Virus record (IMG/VR): IMGVR_UViG_3300047564_005433
Span: 9,392-73,391 of that record
From: a virus
Length of the DNA stretch: 64,000 bases
Direction: 5' to 3' (one strand)
Under the pieces are notes generated by a model. It ran no database searches. It saw only the letters and a list, made by a program, of their open reading frames with translations, and was not told where the DNA came from. Made by a program: the position numbers and the translations under genes. This document shows, piece after piece, positions 8,768 through 18,059 of the stretch (the stretch's first letter is position 1; each line of letters begins with the position of its first letter).

Positions 8768-10822
8768 TTAGAACCAATCATCCTCGTCTTCCTTCACGGG
8801 AAGACTTTCATTGGCTTGACATAGCACAAAGTCCTCAGCCGCTACGGGAATGGGGGCGAAAATTTCATCGTCTTTTTCATTTTCAACTTCCGTGAAAACT
8901 GGTTCTTCCTGAAAATCCAAGTCAGGCTCCACGTAGTCCCACGAATGGTAGAGGCGATCCCGCTCCCCATTGGGACCAACAATAAAGCTGCTGCTAATTA
9001 AGCCTTGCCGCCTGGCCACTTCCAGCATCTTGCCCGTGGAGCCAGTGTCAAAACTGCCAGAAAGCATTGCCACTTGTTGCTTGGTGAAGCGTTCAGTTTT
9101 GCGCATTTCCACGACGTTCACCACTTGATTCAACTCTTCCAGGGAGCCACCAACTGGTCCTGCATAGTGCCAACCATACGTGAGATTGTCGCGCTTGAGC
9201 ACGTGCTTGCCCGTGAGGCCACTCCTGCTCTTCATCCACTCCAGCGTAAATTCATTTGGATCGAAGCTTTCAGAACGCGTGAGCTTCACCACTTCACTAA
9301 CGTTGTCCACAAAGCTTGTTGAGTCGCGCAGGCCTCCGCTTTTGTTGAGGTGGTGGAGAATGAGGATGGAGCAGCGATAAGTGTTGGCAAGATCACGCAG
9401 GCCGTAAATAACGTCACCAGCGTTGCTCTTCACCATATCCACGTCCATGCCAGCAAGGCAAGCAGTGAGGCTATCAATCACCACAAACAGCGGACGTTCT
9501 TTCCTCACGTATTCTTCAAGCTGCCTCATGTGAGCAAACCGCCAGGTTTCCCAAAATTCAATGGTGCGAGGAGCAAGGGCAGTGTCTTGATAGCCAATAA
9601 CGGAAAGCTTTTCGCTGGTATCAATGAGGGGCTCGTCACTTTGGCAAATGAGAGTGCGGCCCTTCATGCAACGCCTGCCGCTCCACTTTGTACCAAGACC
9701 AATATTGAGCGCCCAGTTATATGCCACTGTTGATTTGCCCGTGCCGCCTCCAGCAGCAAGCAATGTCACGCTTCCCAAGGGGATGATGCCAGCAATGAGC
9801 CATTCACGAGCTTTGTCAGCATTGGCAATAGAAAGTGCATCAATACTTTCAAGCTCTTCTCTGCCATAGATGCGTTCTTTTGCTTCGGCAATGATCTTCT
9901 CAACATTCTGTTGGCTCATCTTCACGCCACGTTGCTCTAGCCAATTACCAGTTTCGTAAGCAATGCGTGAATCATTGGCATAGAGGCCAACAAAATTTTC
10001 AATGGTGGAAATAATCTCCTCGTAAGCAGGCTTTCCGTCTTGCCCTTGATGGCGGCTTTTGGAAACAATGGAGGAGAGAAGATCGTCTTTAGAAGCGCCT
10101 TCCTCAATGTAATCGCCTAAGTCGTAGCCATTTCCAGAAGGAAGATTGTCCCATTCCCATGAACGAGGGTCTGCATAAAGCCAACTTGCCCCAGGATTAT
10201 CACTGGCAATTTCTGCCATGAAAGCAACGCCCTGCTCGTCACGATCAGGACAAAGGACAAGCTTTTTGTTGCGGAAGAGGCTTGAATAGTCACCGTTTGT
10301 GCGATATTGCTTGCTGCCACCGAGGAAAGTGATACAAGGAATATCAAGAGCCCACACTGCTTCGCACGTCAATTCGCCTTCGACAATAAAGATGGGAAGG
10401 CCAGTTTCGTCGCTTTTTGCTATTGCATCGTCGTAACGATAAGGAAGAACATTCGCCTTGATTTCCTTGAGCGCAGTTTTATGGCCCTTCTCATTTTTGT
10501 CAATAGTGGGAAAATCTTGCCAAATCTTTTTGCTGCCTGAAGTGTCGTCACGATGGACAATTACCACTTCCTTTCCATTGTTATTTTTGTAGACAAACGA
10601 ATAGTTACCAGCGTCACGAGGGGGCTTCTCCCATCTGGTGAGCGGGGCTAAAGCATCGCGAATTTCAGCACGGTGAGCAGGGCTGGTGTCATGCCAGCAG
10701 TTGTATCCCCCGTTGTTCTTGTTGACAGTGAAATCATTCCCGCCGCATGCAGGGCATTGATACTTGCCTGGCTCGTTGCTTGGCTCCAGTTGTTCGAGGT
10801 GATCGAGGATGGAGAAGGTCAT
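8768..10822 (-). CDS. Primase-helicase (Zn finger + TOPRIM + RecA-like AAA helicase)
   Basis: CPACGG...CWH; IVEGE and DRD TOPRIM motifs; Walker A AGGGTGKS; Walker B VVIDS; ILHH. Confidence 0.9.
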   Translation of the reverse strand: MTFSILDHLEQLEPSNEPGKYQCPACGGNDFTVNKNNGGYNCWHDTSPAHRAEIRDALAPLTRWEKPPRDAGNYSFVYKNNNGKEVVIVHRDDTSGSKKIWQDFPTIDKNEKGHKTALKEIKANVLPYRYDDAIAKSDETGLPIFIVEGELTCEAVWALDIPCITFLGGSKQYRTNGDYSSLFRNKKLVLCPDRDEQGVAFMAEIASDNPGASWLYADPRSWEWDNLPSGNGYDLGDYIEEGASKDDLLSSIVSKSRHQGQDGKPAYEEIISTIENFVGLYANDSRIAYETGNWLEQRGVKMSQQNVEKIIAEAKERIYGREELESIDALSIANADKAREWLIAGIIPLGSVTLLAAGGGTGKSTVAYNWALNIGLGTKWSGRRCMKGRTLICQSDEPLIDTSEKLSVIGYQDTALAPRTIEFWETWRFAHMRQLEEYVRKERPLFVVIDSLTACLAGMDVDMVKSNAGDVIYGLRDLANTYRCSILILHHLNKSGGLRDSTSFVDNVSEVVKLTRSESFDPNEFTLEWMKSRSGLTGKHVLKRDNLTYGWHYAGPVGGSLEELNQVVNVVEMRKTERFTKQQVAMLSGSFDTGSTGKMLEVARRQGLISSSFIVGPNGERDRLYHSWDYVEPDLDFQEEPVFTEVENEKDDEIFAPIPVAAEDFVLCQANESLPVKEDEDDWF

Positions 10823-10911
10823 GGGGGAAGGTGAGATGAAAGTGTTCTAGCACCAGAATCCTGCCGCTGCAAGGCTTTCACAATTCTTAACGCGCTCTTC
10901 AGTCCCAAGCC

Positions 10912-10939
10912 TTGACCTCCTGGCCATAACGGCTATATT
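10912..10939 (+). promoter_or_regulatory. Sigma70-type promoter
   Basis: TTGACC-N16-TATATT; similar to the promoter at 15145. Confidence 0.55.
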
Positions 10940-11029
10940 GGCCATGTCCCTCGCAAGGCAAAACCATGGAGCTTTGGCTGGCCGCCATTATCGGCTTCAG
11001 CATTGGCTACCTTCTCGGCCCTTTGTTTT

Positions 11030-11272
11030 ATGACCATTGATCACGGCGAACCGAAGAAGAGTCGCCACTTCACCCTCACTGACACCGCCTACTCTCATTT
11101 GAAGGATATTGCCCATGAAGCACGACTGAGCCTCAGCGAGACTGTCGAACGTCTCATCCGCACCACTTCTCCATGGGAAGGAAATGCAGTGCTTTCTGAC
11201 GGTGCATTCTCCTTGGTAGAAGACCATTCCATTGTTTCTGAAATTGAGGATTATGAAGGTTTCTCAGCTTAA
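11030..11272 (+). CDS. Ribbon-helix-helix-like DNA-binding protein
   Basis: KKSRHFTLTDTAYSHL..IA....LSLSETVERLIR. Confidence 0.55.
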   Translation: MTIDHGEPKKSRHFTLTDTAYSHLKDIAHEARLSLSETVERLIRTTSPWEGNAVLSDGAFSLVEDHSIVSEIEDYEGFSA

Positions 11273-11716
11273 GCTTGCTTGCGAAGAGTTTCTTCTGGAA
11301 TTTCCCGACACAGAAGTGAAGCTTCTCTGGGAAGAAGGCGTTCTCACTGAGAATTACGATCCCGAATGTTTAGAAGAGCCCACTGACGTGAGGATCATCA
11401 GCGACTGGCCGCTTCCTGGTGAAAGCCTAGTCAATAAAGCTGAAAATCCTGAGAAGATGTTTGTCATCATGTATGGCGAATATCAGCCTTCAGGCTTTGG
11501 CTACAAAGCAGTTGCTTGTCTTGATTGATGGAAACGCCCAATCTCACCACCTCCGAGTTTTATGCTCGCATGAAGCAAATGGATCTTGATGTGATTGATT
11601 GCCTTGATTCTTTCCTTTTGGATACTGGCGTAGGCGTTGCTGGGCTGCGTCTTTCGTTCAGCAAAGAAAGCGAAGAATATCTTCTTGATTGGCACTTCGT
11701 TTTTCCTGAAGAATGA
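11232..11716 (+). other. Two hypothetical ORFs (~11253-11528, 11525-11716)
   Basis: Overlapping start and stop codons within the operon. Confidence 0.5.
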
Positions 11717-12651
11717 ACCACACTATCCTCACCTACTCCCCCTCCGACTTTTTCAGCATGGAAGACTCCGCAAAACAAGCAATGATGGACCGTTACAACG
11801 GCGTCTTCTCCCCCCTAGAGATCAGCGCTGAAGCTTTTAAGGCTGCTTACGACACACCTGACATTGGCCCCCACATTGAAAAGGACTACAAAGGCCTCTC
11901 CTATCTGTCGTGGCCGTTTGCCTTTCGCTATCTGAAGGAGCATTTCCCGACGTTGTTTGTAGCGTTTGAAGAGAAGACCATTGGCTGGCCCGTATTTGGC
12001 GAGCCTGGCGCCTTCATCCTTCGCCCCTATCTCACTGATGGAATCAAGCGCACGCCTGCGCTGGTGTTCCCCATCATGGACCGCAAGCACAATTCCATTC
12101 AACAGCTCGATGGTCGTGCAATTAGCGACAACATCCAACGTGCCAGTGTCAAAGCCATCGCTACGTTCACGGGCCTTGGTCTTCGGCTCTATGCCGGAGA
12201 GGACATTCCTAAGGAGGAAGCGCCAAAGCTGCAGCAGGACACGCTCAAGACGCCTGCACGCACGAAGAGTGCCGCTAAGGAAAGCACTGCTGCTTCTGGA
12301 AGCGAGGGGCCTGTTGCCGCCGCTGATACAGGGTCCGCTGAACCCTTCGATGCAAAGGCAGCTCTTACGGCAGTGTGCAAAGCCAATCCTTTGAACTATG
12401 TCGACGAAAAAGCTTCTATGGCTGCAGGTAAAGCTGCTCTTGAAAGTATTGGACTTGCTCGCGCCACAGAAATCAAAAGCTGGCAAGCCTTCGGAAACGT
12501 CGTCGCAGCAATGATGACACTATGGGCTAAGCAAGAGCAAATTGTCATCAGCAAAGCTGAAATGACAGAAGAAATCAATGCCGTGCGTGGCCTTGAAGAC
12601 ACCAGTGCCATTATTGAGGGGATGAAGGCTTTCGTGGCAAAAAAGAAATAG
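11713..12651 (+). CDS. Sak/Rad52-like ssDNA annealing protein (DUF1071-like)
   Basis: GLSYLSW.FA, PIMD.K..SI, IQRA.VKAIA..TGLGL.LYAGEDIP motifs. Confidence 0.8.
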   Translation: MNHTILTYSPSDFFSMEDSAKQAMMDRYNGVFSPLEISAEAFKAAYDTPDIGPHIEKDYKGLSYLSWPFAFRYLKEHFPTLFVAFEEKTIGWPVFGEPGAFILRPYLTDGIKRTPALVFPIMDRKHNSIQQLDGRAISDNIQRASVKAIATFTGLGLRLYAGEDIPKEEAPKLQQDTLKTPARTKSAAKESTAASGSEGPVAAADTGSAEPFDAKAALTAVCKANPLNYVDEKASMAAGKAALESIGLARATEIKSWQAFGNVVAAMMTLWAKQEQIVISKAEMTEEINAVRGLEDTSAIIEGMKAFVAKKK

Positions 12652-12839
12652 ACCTAGCGGCGGCCCGCCTAGCGCGGGCCTTTGCTGGCACTGTTTGCAT
12701 TGATGATGACTTTCTTCCCATTGTTGAGCTTCCTCCCAAGCTATTTAGCTGATGATCCTCTTGGCTTGTTTCTTCTCGTTACTTTCACATGCTTGATCCT
12801 TGCTCTGTCAATCCTCGCCATCCTTTCGTTGATAGTCCC

Positions 12840-13353
12840 ATGAGCCGCTTCACTTTTCTGAATGAAGATGGAGAAACCAAGATCTCCCATTCATTCCATA
12901 ACATTTGCTGTCCAGAAATTATGCACAATTTCAAGGACTTCCTTCTTGGTTGCGGCTTTCTTGAAAGCACAGTAATTGAGGCCATGTATGGAGTGATTGA
13001 AGAATACGAAAGCCTCCATCCTCAAAAGGATAATGGAAAATCATCGTCAATTGATTGATGCTTGCCATGAAGCATTCTGGAGCTTTCCTGAAGATACGCT
13101 TAGCAGTGATCGTCGCATTGCTGCATTGCTCAAGGCTATTGCTGACTTTCCTCTGGCTGATCGAACTTTTCTTTCTCAAACTGCACACCGTATTCTCATG
13201 GCCGATATTGGCAAGTGCTCGGGCGATGGATGTCCTGTCAAGGAAAACTGTTGGCGTTATTTGGCGCCTGCTTCCGATTGGCAGAGCTATTTCGCTCCGC
13301 CTCCATTCACGGAGGAAGGCTGCGACTACTTCTGGGACGTGAACGAGAAATGA
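12840..13353 (+). other. Two hypothetical ORFs (12840-13058; 13033-13353 with a Cys-rich C-terminus)
   Basis: Operonic ORFs; DI.KC.G..CP.KE.C.RY motif. Confidence 0.5.
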
Positions 13354-13356
13354 GCA

Positions 13357-14157
13357 GTGGCCTGTTACGATCTATGCCTAGCCTCCCTTCAAATGCAAGC
13401 ATTTCCCCGTTACGAACCGAACCGGCTCCAAATTCAAAAGAAGCGTTATTATCATTTGAACGGTTTTCCAAATGTTCCCGAAGGGTATGTTTTGCCCTCT
13501 GTGACAACTATTGCGAGCGCGTGTTCAGCGCCTGGCAAGATTGCAGCGCTAATGAACTGGCGAAAAAAGGTGGGCAATGAAGAAGCTAATCGTCGCACTC
13601 GTAATGCTGTGGATCGAGGCAATTGGCTTCACGGTGTTCTAGAAGATTTCTGGAATGGTGAAGACATTCAAGAGCATCTTGATTCTCACGAAAACTACGT
13701 GCCTTATTTTGAGAGCATTGTTGGTTTTCTTGAGCGCGTTGATAGTCCATTGCTCGTCGAAAGTGCCATTGCCTGGTACGATCCTGCGCAAGAAATTGGC
13801 TATTCAGGCACCTTTGATATGCTCGCCAAAATGAACAGCGGGCAATATGCCCTGCTTGATTGGAAGACAAGCTATAAAGAGAAGCCTGATACACAGCTAG
13901 CCGACTATCGCATGCAGCTTGGTGCCTACGTTCAGGCCATTGAGCAGATGTATGACATTGAAGTTAATGAAGCACATTGTGCCATTGCCATCCACGATCC
14001 TGATACTGGCCATTCCCAAGAAGCGCAAATCGTGAGTCTCTCAGCGGGGGAGCTTGCCATGCAGGCGGGCATCATGGTGCAGAAGGTGCAGCAGTTCTTC
14101 TTCGAGCATTACCCAGGCGGACGCCCCTTAATGATTTCTATGGACCGAGGAGCTTAA
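13357..14157 (+). CDS. PD-(D/E)XK exonuclease (recombination)
   Basis: LPSVTTI, RG..LH, GYSGTFD...LLDWKTS, QL.AY motifs; true start may be ATG 13393. Confidence 0.85.
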   Translation: MACYDLCLASLQMQAFPRYEPNRLQIQKKRYYHLNGFPNVPEGYVLPSVTTIASACSAPGKIAALMNWRKKVGNEEANRRTRNAVDRGNWLHGVLEDFWNGEDIQEHLDSHENYVPYFESIVGFLERVDSPLLVESAIAWYDPAQEIGYSGTFDMLAKMNSGQYALLDWKTSYKEKPDTQLADYRMQLGAYVQAIEQMYDIEVNEAHCAIAIHDPDTGHSQEAQIVSLSAGELAMQAGIMVQKVQQFFFEHYPGGRPLMISMDRGA

Positions 14158-15149
14158 CGATGGCTATTGAACACACGTTTAACTCAGTACAGCAGCGCAA
14201 TCTCATCGAACCACTTGCCGTTTATTTTGCTGGCAAAGTTCGGAAAGGAATGCAAGATTACAGGGCAATCCTGTTCCACGACGACAGGATAATGTCACGA
14301 GTTGTAAAGAGCGAACTGAAAATCTTTAACCAGCTTCCCAGGGAGTGCCCGGCAGGGACCGTTATTTATGCGGGACCGAGCGCTTTATCTTGCGACCATG
14401 GATGCTGGCACGACAAGAAATACGAGATTGGCGCAAATCATGGCATAGTTAATCCCTGGGGGCCGCGTAAAGATTTATCTTTTCCCGATGGAGGATCAAT
14501 CCATGTTGGACGCGAATGGTTATCCTACTTTCAGCAAAAAACTGACTGTCCCAACGGAAGCAACGGGCTCTCAAAAGCACAAGCTGTAGAACGTTGCTTG
14601 TATCAAATTAGGATGTGCGATGCTCTTTACGCATACATAGATGAACTCGATTGTTATGGTACTATTTCCGAAATTGGCTACGCATATGCACTGGGAATTC
14701 CAATTTACATTGTCTTTGACGACAAACTAAAGAATGCTTGTGATGAATACGAAGATTCGGGCGGACATGGAAAATACCAAGTTGCACGCAATGATTTTTG
14801 GTTTATTGCAGAAATGGCCACACAATGCGCGTGGGGGAAGCCATGGGAATTAATACATGAGATTGCGTTTTCAAGGCAAAAAGATAGTAAATTCTCAAAA
14901 GCAAAAAGGGTTGGAATTAGGCCTAAAGATCGAGTGGTAGTACTTGTTCGCGATCAATACACTTGCCAGATGTGTGGTGTATCCAGGGCAGACGGAGCAG
15001 TTCTTGAGATTGATCACATTCATCCAGTATCCAAAGGTGGCACTAACACTCTTTCGAATTTGCAAGTACTATGCCGCGAGTGCAACGCTGGCAAAAGCGA
15101 CCACGTTTTACCCATGCCTTAACAATTTCTATGGACCGAGGCGCTTGAC
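14134..15149 (+). repeat. 25-bp direct repeats flanking the NDT-HNH gene
   Basis: ATTTCTATGGACCGAGGAGCTTAAC (14134) vs ATTTCTATGGACCGAGGCGCTTGAC (15125). Confidence 0.85.
14160..15122 (+). CDS. Nucleoside 2-deoxyribosyltransferase-like domain fused to HNH endonuclease
   Basis: VYFAG...CDALYAYID...YGTISEIGYAYALGIPI; C-terminal RD.Y.CQ.CG...LEIDHIHP.SKGG....NLQVLC..CN..K. Confidence 0.75.
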   Translation: MAIEHTFNSVQQRNLIEPLAVYFAGKVRKGMQDYRAILFHDDRIMSRVVKSELKIFNQLPRECPAGTVIYAGPSALSCDHGCWHDKKYEIGANHGIVNPWGPRKDLSFPDGGSIHVGREWLSYFQQKTDCPNGSNGLSKAQAVERCLYQIRMCDALYAYIDELDCYGTISEIGYAYALGIPIYIVFDDKLKNACDEYEDSGGHGKYQVARNDFWFIAEMATQCAWGKPWELIHEIAFSRQKDSKFSKAKRVGIRPKDRVVVLVRDQYTCQMCGVSRADGAVLEIDHIHPVSKGGTNTLSNLQVLCRECNAGKSDHVLPMP

Positions 15150-15173
15150 CTCTGTCCACGCTGGCGTTATGCT
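15145..15173 (+). promoter_or_regulatory. Sigma70-type promoter
   Basis: TTGACC-N17-TATGCT. Confidence 0.55.
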
Positions 15174-15220
15174 GGCAATGCCCTTCCAGGGCCAACCACT
15201 CTCCTTTTGAGGAACACTAC

Positions 15221-15493
15221 ATGCCCTCTGGCAATCTGCCCGTATTCAGCGGCACCATTGATCTCACTTCCGACATTCTGAACGCTGCCAAAAAGCAAGG
15301 CCCCAACGATCAAGGAAACTATTCCTTCCGCGTGGCCCTGTGGAACAATGACAAGCGTGATAAGGACACTGCCCCTCATTACAAAGGGCAAGTGACTGTC
15401 AACAAAATGCAGGACTCTCCCAAGGCCTATTCCAGCTTCTGGCGCAATGAAGAAGCAGGCAGCAGCTCTGGCTCTTCAGACGATCTGTTCTGA
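15221..15493 (+). CDS. Small ssDNA-binding-like protein
   Basis: W.N.K....APHYKG motif; acidic DDLF C-terminus. Confidence 0.5.
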   Translation: MPSGNLPVFSGTIDLTSDILNAAKKQGPNDQGNYSFRVALWNNDKRDKDTAPHYKGQVTVNKMQDSPKAYSSFWRNEEAGSSSGSSDDLF

Positions 15494-15550
15494 ACTTCGT
15501 TTCCATTGTTCATGAGGGCGCTAATGCGCCCTTTTCTTTTCTTCAAAACC

Positions 15551-16135
15551 ATGCTTCTGAATGACAAGGAAATCAGCATTCTTGCTGAAAATGATATTAT
15601 TTTTCCTTTCGTCGCGGAGAAAACCAGAGAGCTTCCCAATGGAACAAAAGCCCTCTCATACGGACTGAGCCATGCCGGATACGATCTCAGGCTCTCGCCA
15701 AGGGGCTTTATGGTCATCAACAACAACAACCCCGTGGAGGCCCTGGACGTTAAGAGCTTCAATAAGGAGCTGATGTATGAGGCTTCTCCCGTCGAAGAAA
15801 ATGGCTCTACGTTCTTCGTGCTGCCCCCGTTCTCCTACGCTCTTGGCGTGAGTGTGGAATTGCTGACAATGCCGTCTAACATCATGGGGATCACAGACGG
15901 CAAAAGCACGTATGCCCGGCAAGGCACCATCATTAACGTTACGCCAATTGAGCCTGGCTGGTCTGGTCATCTCACTATTTGTATTGTCAATCCCTTGGCT
16001 TTTCCCGTTCGTATTTATGCCAACGAAGGGATCGTGCAAGTCATGTTCGCTCGCCTCTCCAGTGCAGCAGATCAGGATTATGGACAAGGCAAATATCAAA
16101 ACCAAGGCGCTAACGTAGCATTTGCTGCCGTCTGA
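15551..16135 (+). CDS. dcd: dCTP deaminase
   Basis: LSYGLS..GYDLRL, GKSTYAR.G, TPIEPGWSG.LT, YANEGI.Q, KYQNQ. Confidence 0.92.
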   Translation: MLLNDKEISILAENDIIFPFVAEKTRELPNGTKALSYGLSHAGYDLRLSPRGFMVINNNNPVEALDVKSFNKELMYEASPVEENGSTFFVLPPFSYALGVSVELLTMPSNIMGITDGKSTYARQGTIINVTPIEPGWSGHLTICIVNPLAFPVRIYANEGIVQVMFARLSSAADQDYGQGKYQNQGANVAFAAV

Positions 16136-16138
16136 TTA

Positions 16139-16501
16139 GTGAGTGCTCTTGAAGACCAGTTTCTCGGACTGTGGCAAGCTAATTTTCCCGATCTTCCATT
16201 GATCAGAGAATTTAGCGACGTGCCAACATGGGAAGCTGATTTTCAAGAGCGCTATGCAAAAAGCAAGCGATCAAAGCGCTATAGGGCAGACTTCGCTCAT
16301 CTGCCCTCACAAAGCCTCATCGAAATTCAAGGGGGCACATTCAGTAGGGGCCGGCACGTAACCGGCTCTGGCTACGAGCGTGATGCCCGCAAATTTAATC
16401 TTGCCACCATTGGTGGCTGGAAAGTGTTCCTTCTTACCACCCAAACGGCCAAGGAAACTTTTTGGCTTGAGCGGATTGCTGCTTCATTGCGAACTGCGTA
16501 A
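16139..16501 (+). CDS. Vsr/DUF559-like endonuclease (possible resolvase)
   Basis: YRADFAH...LIEIQGG...GRH....GYERD..K.N.A...GWKV. Confidence 0.7.
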   Translation: MSALEDQFLGLWQANFPDLPLIREFSDVPTWEADFQERYAKSKRSKRYRADFAHLPSQSLIEIQGGTFSRGRHVTGSGYERDARKFNLATIGGWKVFLLTTQTAKETFWLERIAASLRTA

Positions 16502-16748
16502 CGGCATCAGCGGCCTCCCCTAGCAGCTCATCAGCAGCTTCCAGATCGGCCTGTTGCATCTGCATGGCTTGACGCAGTTCTAGATTTTCCTTTACCAGCG
16601 ATGTGACGGCTTCTTGCATATTGCTCCAGCCTTCCATCATCGTGCAGGCCACTTCCCGCAACTTCTCAATGTCAGTGCATTCGCTGAGCGCCTTCTTGTT
16701 GGCAACGAGAGCAAAATCTCGTTCCATACTGCGTTCAAAAGGCCCCAT
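16434..16748 (-). CDS. NblA-like / coiled-coil protein
   Basis: S.E.DF.L...K....C.D.E.LR pattern resembles the NblA helix-loop-helix. Confidence 0.35.
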   Translation of the reverse strand: MGPFERSMERDFALVANKKALSECTDIEKLREVACTMMEGWSNMQEAVTSLVKENLELRQAMQMQQADLEAADELLGEAADAVTQFAMKQQSAQAKKFPWPFGW

Positions 16749-16838
16749 AATGCCAATACAATCTTGACCATTGTATTTTAAGCCAATGGGAATCGAGAAG
16801 GTGCTCATTGCTCTTGCATTGTTTCGTTTAGCCTAGCC

Positions 16839-17165
16839 ATGCAGCGATTTGGCAAACGGTTTGTTTATCGGGTGGACGATGGGAAGGATGCCGTAAAATG
16901 CGGGACGGGCTACCGCCCCTACAAGCTTCCCTGCACTCCTCGCAACCATGAATGGCTGGTCGGACAAGAAGTGGTGTACGTGCAACGCACAGCAGCAGGG
17001 TGGATGCCCTCTTCTATTGTTGGCACCATTGAAGGCTTTGATGCAAGCGGACGCGCCAGGAAGGCACGAGTACGCTGGCATTCGGCTACGAACATTGCTC
17101 CTACAATCAGCTTGCAACGACTTCGGCCCCTCTCGCTAATCAACCATGCTTACCAAGGCAACTGA
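16839..17165 (+). CDS. Hypothetical protein
   Basis: ATG ORF in the operon. Confidence 0.55.
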   Translation: MQRFGKRFVYRVDDGKDAVKCGTGYRPYKLPCTPRNHEWLVGQEVVYVQRTAAGWMPSSIVGTIEGFDASGRARKARVRWHSATNIAPTISLQRLRPLSLINHAYQGN

Positions 17166-17355
17166 CGATCTCCTTAAGGATCTTTCTAAAACTGCAGGCG
17201 TGCTGCTTGCGGCTTTTGGCATTCTGTGCTTGCGGGCATGGCTTGTAAGCATTTGCGCAGGCCTACTGTTTCCTGCTTTTTCTTTGGGCTTTTGGAATTG
17301 GGTGTTGATTGTTGCCACCTTTCGCGCCCTTATTGCTACGGACAAAGCTGAATGA
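17146..17355 (+). CDS. Small membrane protein
   Basis: Two hydrophobic segments. Confidence 0.55.
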   Translation: MLTKATDDLLKDLSKTAGVLLAAFGILCLRAWLVSICAGLLFPAFSLGFWNWVLIVATFRALIATDKAE

Positions 17356-18059
17356 TGGCCAAGATTGATCCGCTGATGGATGGCATCAGCTTCGTGCGTC
17401 TCATTGATTGGATGGGAAGCTCGCTTGACATTGTTTGTGATGCCAGGCAAAGCTTTGATCAAAGCAGCAGCGAATGGTCCGAAAAGGATCAAAAGCTTCT
17501 TAACTATCTAGTGCAGCACAAACACACTAGTCCGTTTCGTGGCGTGGTCACAAAATGGCAAGTGAAAGCTCCGCTGTATGTTTGTAGGCAATGGTGGAAG
17601 CATGTTATTGGCGGGACGTTCGCTAATGACACGCTTGGCTGGAACGAGAAGAGCTTTCGCTATTGCGAAGCTGATGATGAGGCCTACTACATGCCTCGCG
17701 AATTCAGACAGCAAAGCTCCAGCAACAAACAAGCCTCTAGTGGGCCTCTGGAGCCCAGTATGAACCAAGTGGCAATGATTGAATATGCCAAGGCTCTTGA
17801 GCAGGCAAAGCAAGCTTACAGGGCGCTGCTGACGCTAGGTGTGGCGAAGGAACAAGCCAGGGGCATTTTGCCAATGGCGACTTTTTCTACTTTTACATGG
17901 ACCTGCAGTCTCCAGGCCCTCCTGCACTTTGTTTCATTGCGTGACAGCCCCGACAGTCAAGGGGAAATCCAAGCCTATGCTCAGGCCATGGTAGTATTGG
18001 CGCGTCCTCTTTTCAAAGAAGCATTCGAAGCATTTGAAAGCCATGGCAGCACCTTCTAA
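17352..18059 (+). CDS. thyX: FAD-dependent thymidylate synthase
   Basis: H.SPF, V.AP.YV.RQW.KH, WNE.S.RY, KEQAR.ILP, Q.EI..YA motifs. Confidence 0.9.
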   Translation: MMAKIDPLMDGISFVRLIDWMGSSLDIVCDARQSFDQSSSEWSEKDQKLLNYLVQHKHTSPFRGVVTKWQVKAPLYVCRQWWKHVIGGTFANDTLGWNEKSFRYCEADDEAYYMPREFRQQSSSNKQASSGPLEPSMNQVAMIEYAKALEQAKQAYRALLTLGVAKEQARGILPMATFSTFTWTCSLQALLHFVSLRDSPDSQGEIQAYAQAMVVLARPLFKEAFEAFESHGSTF

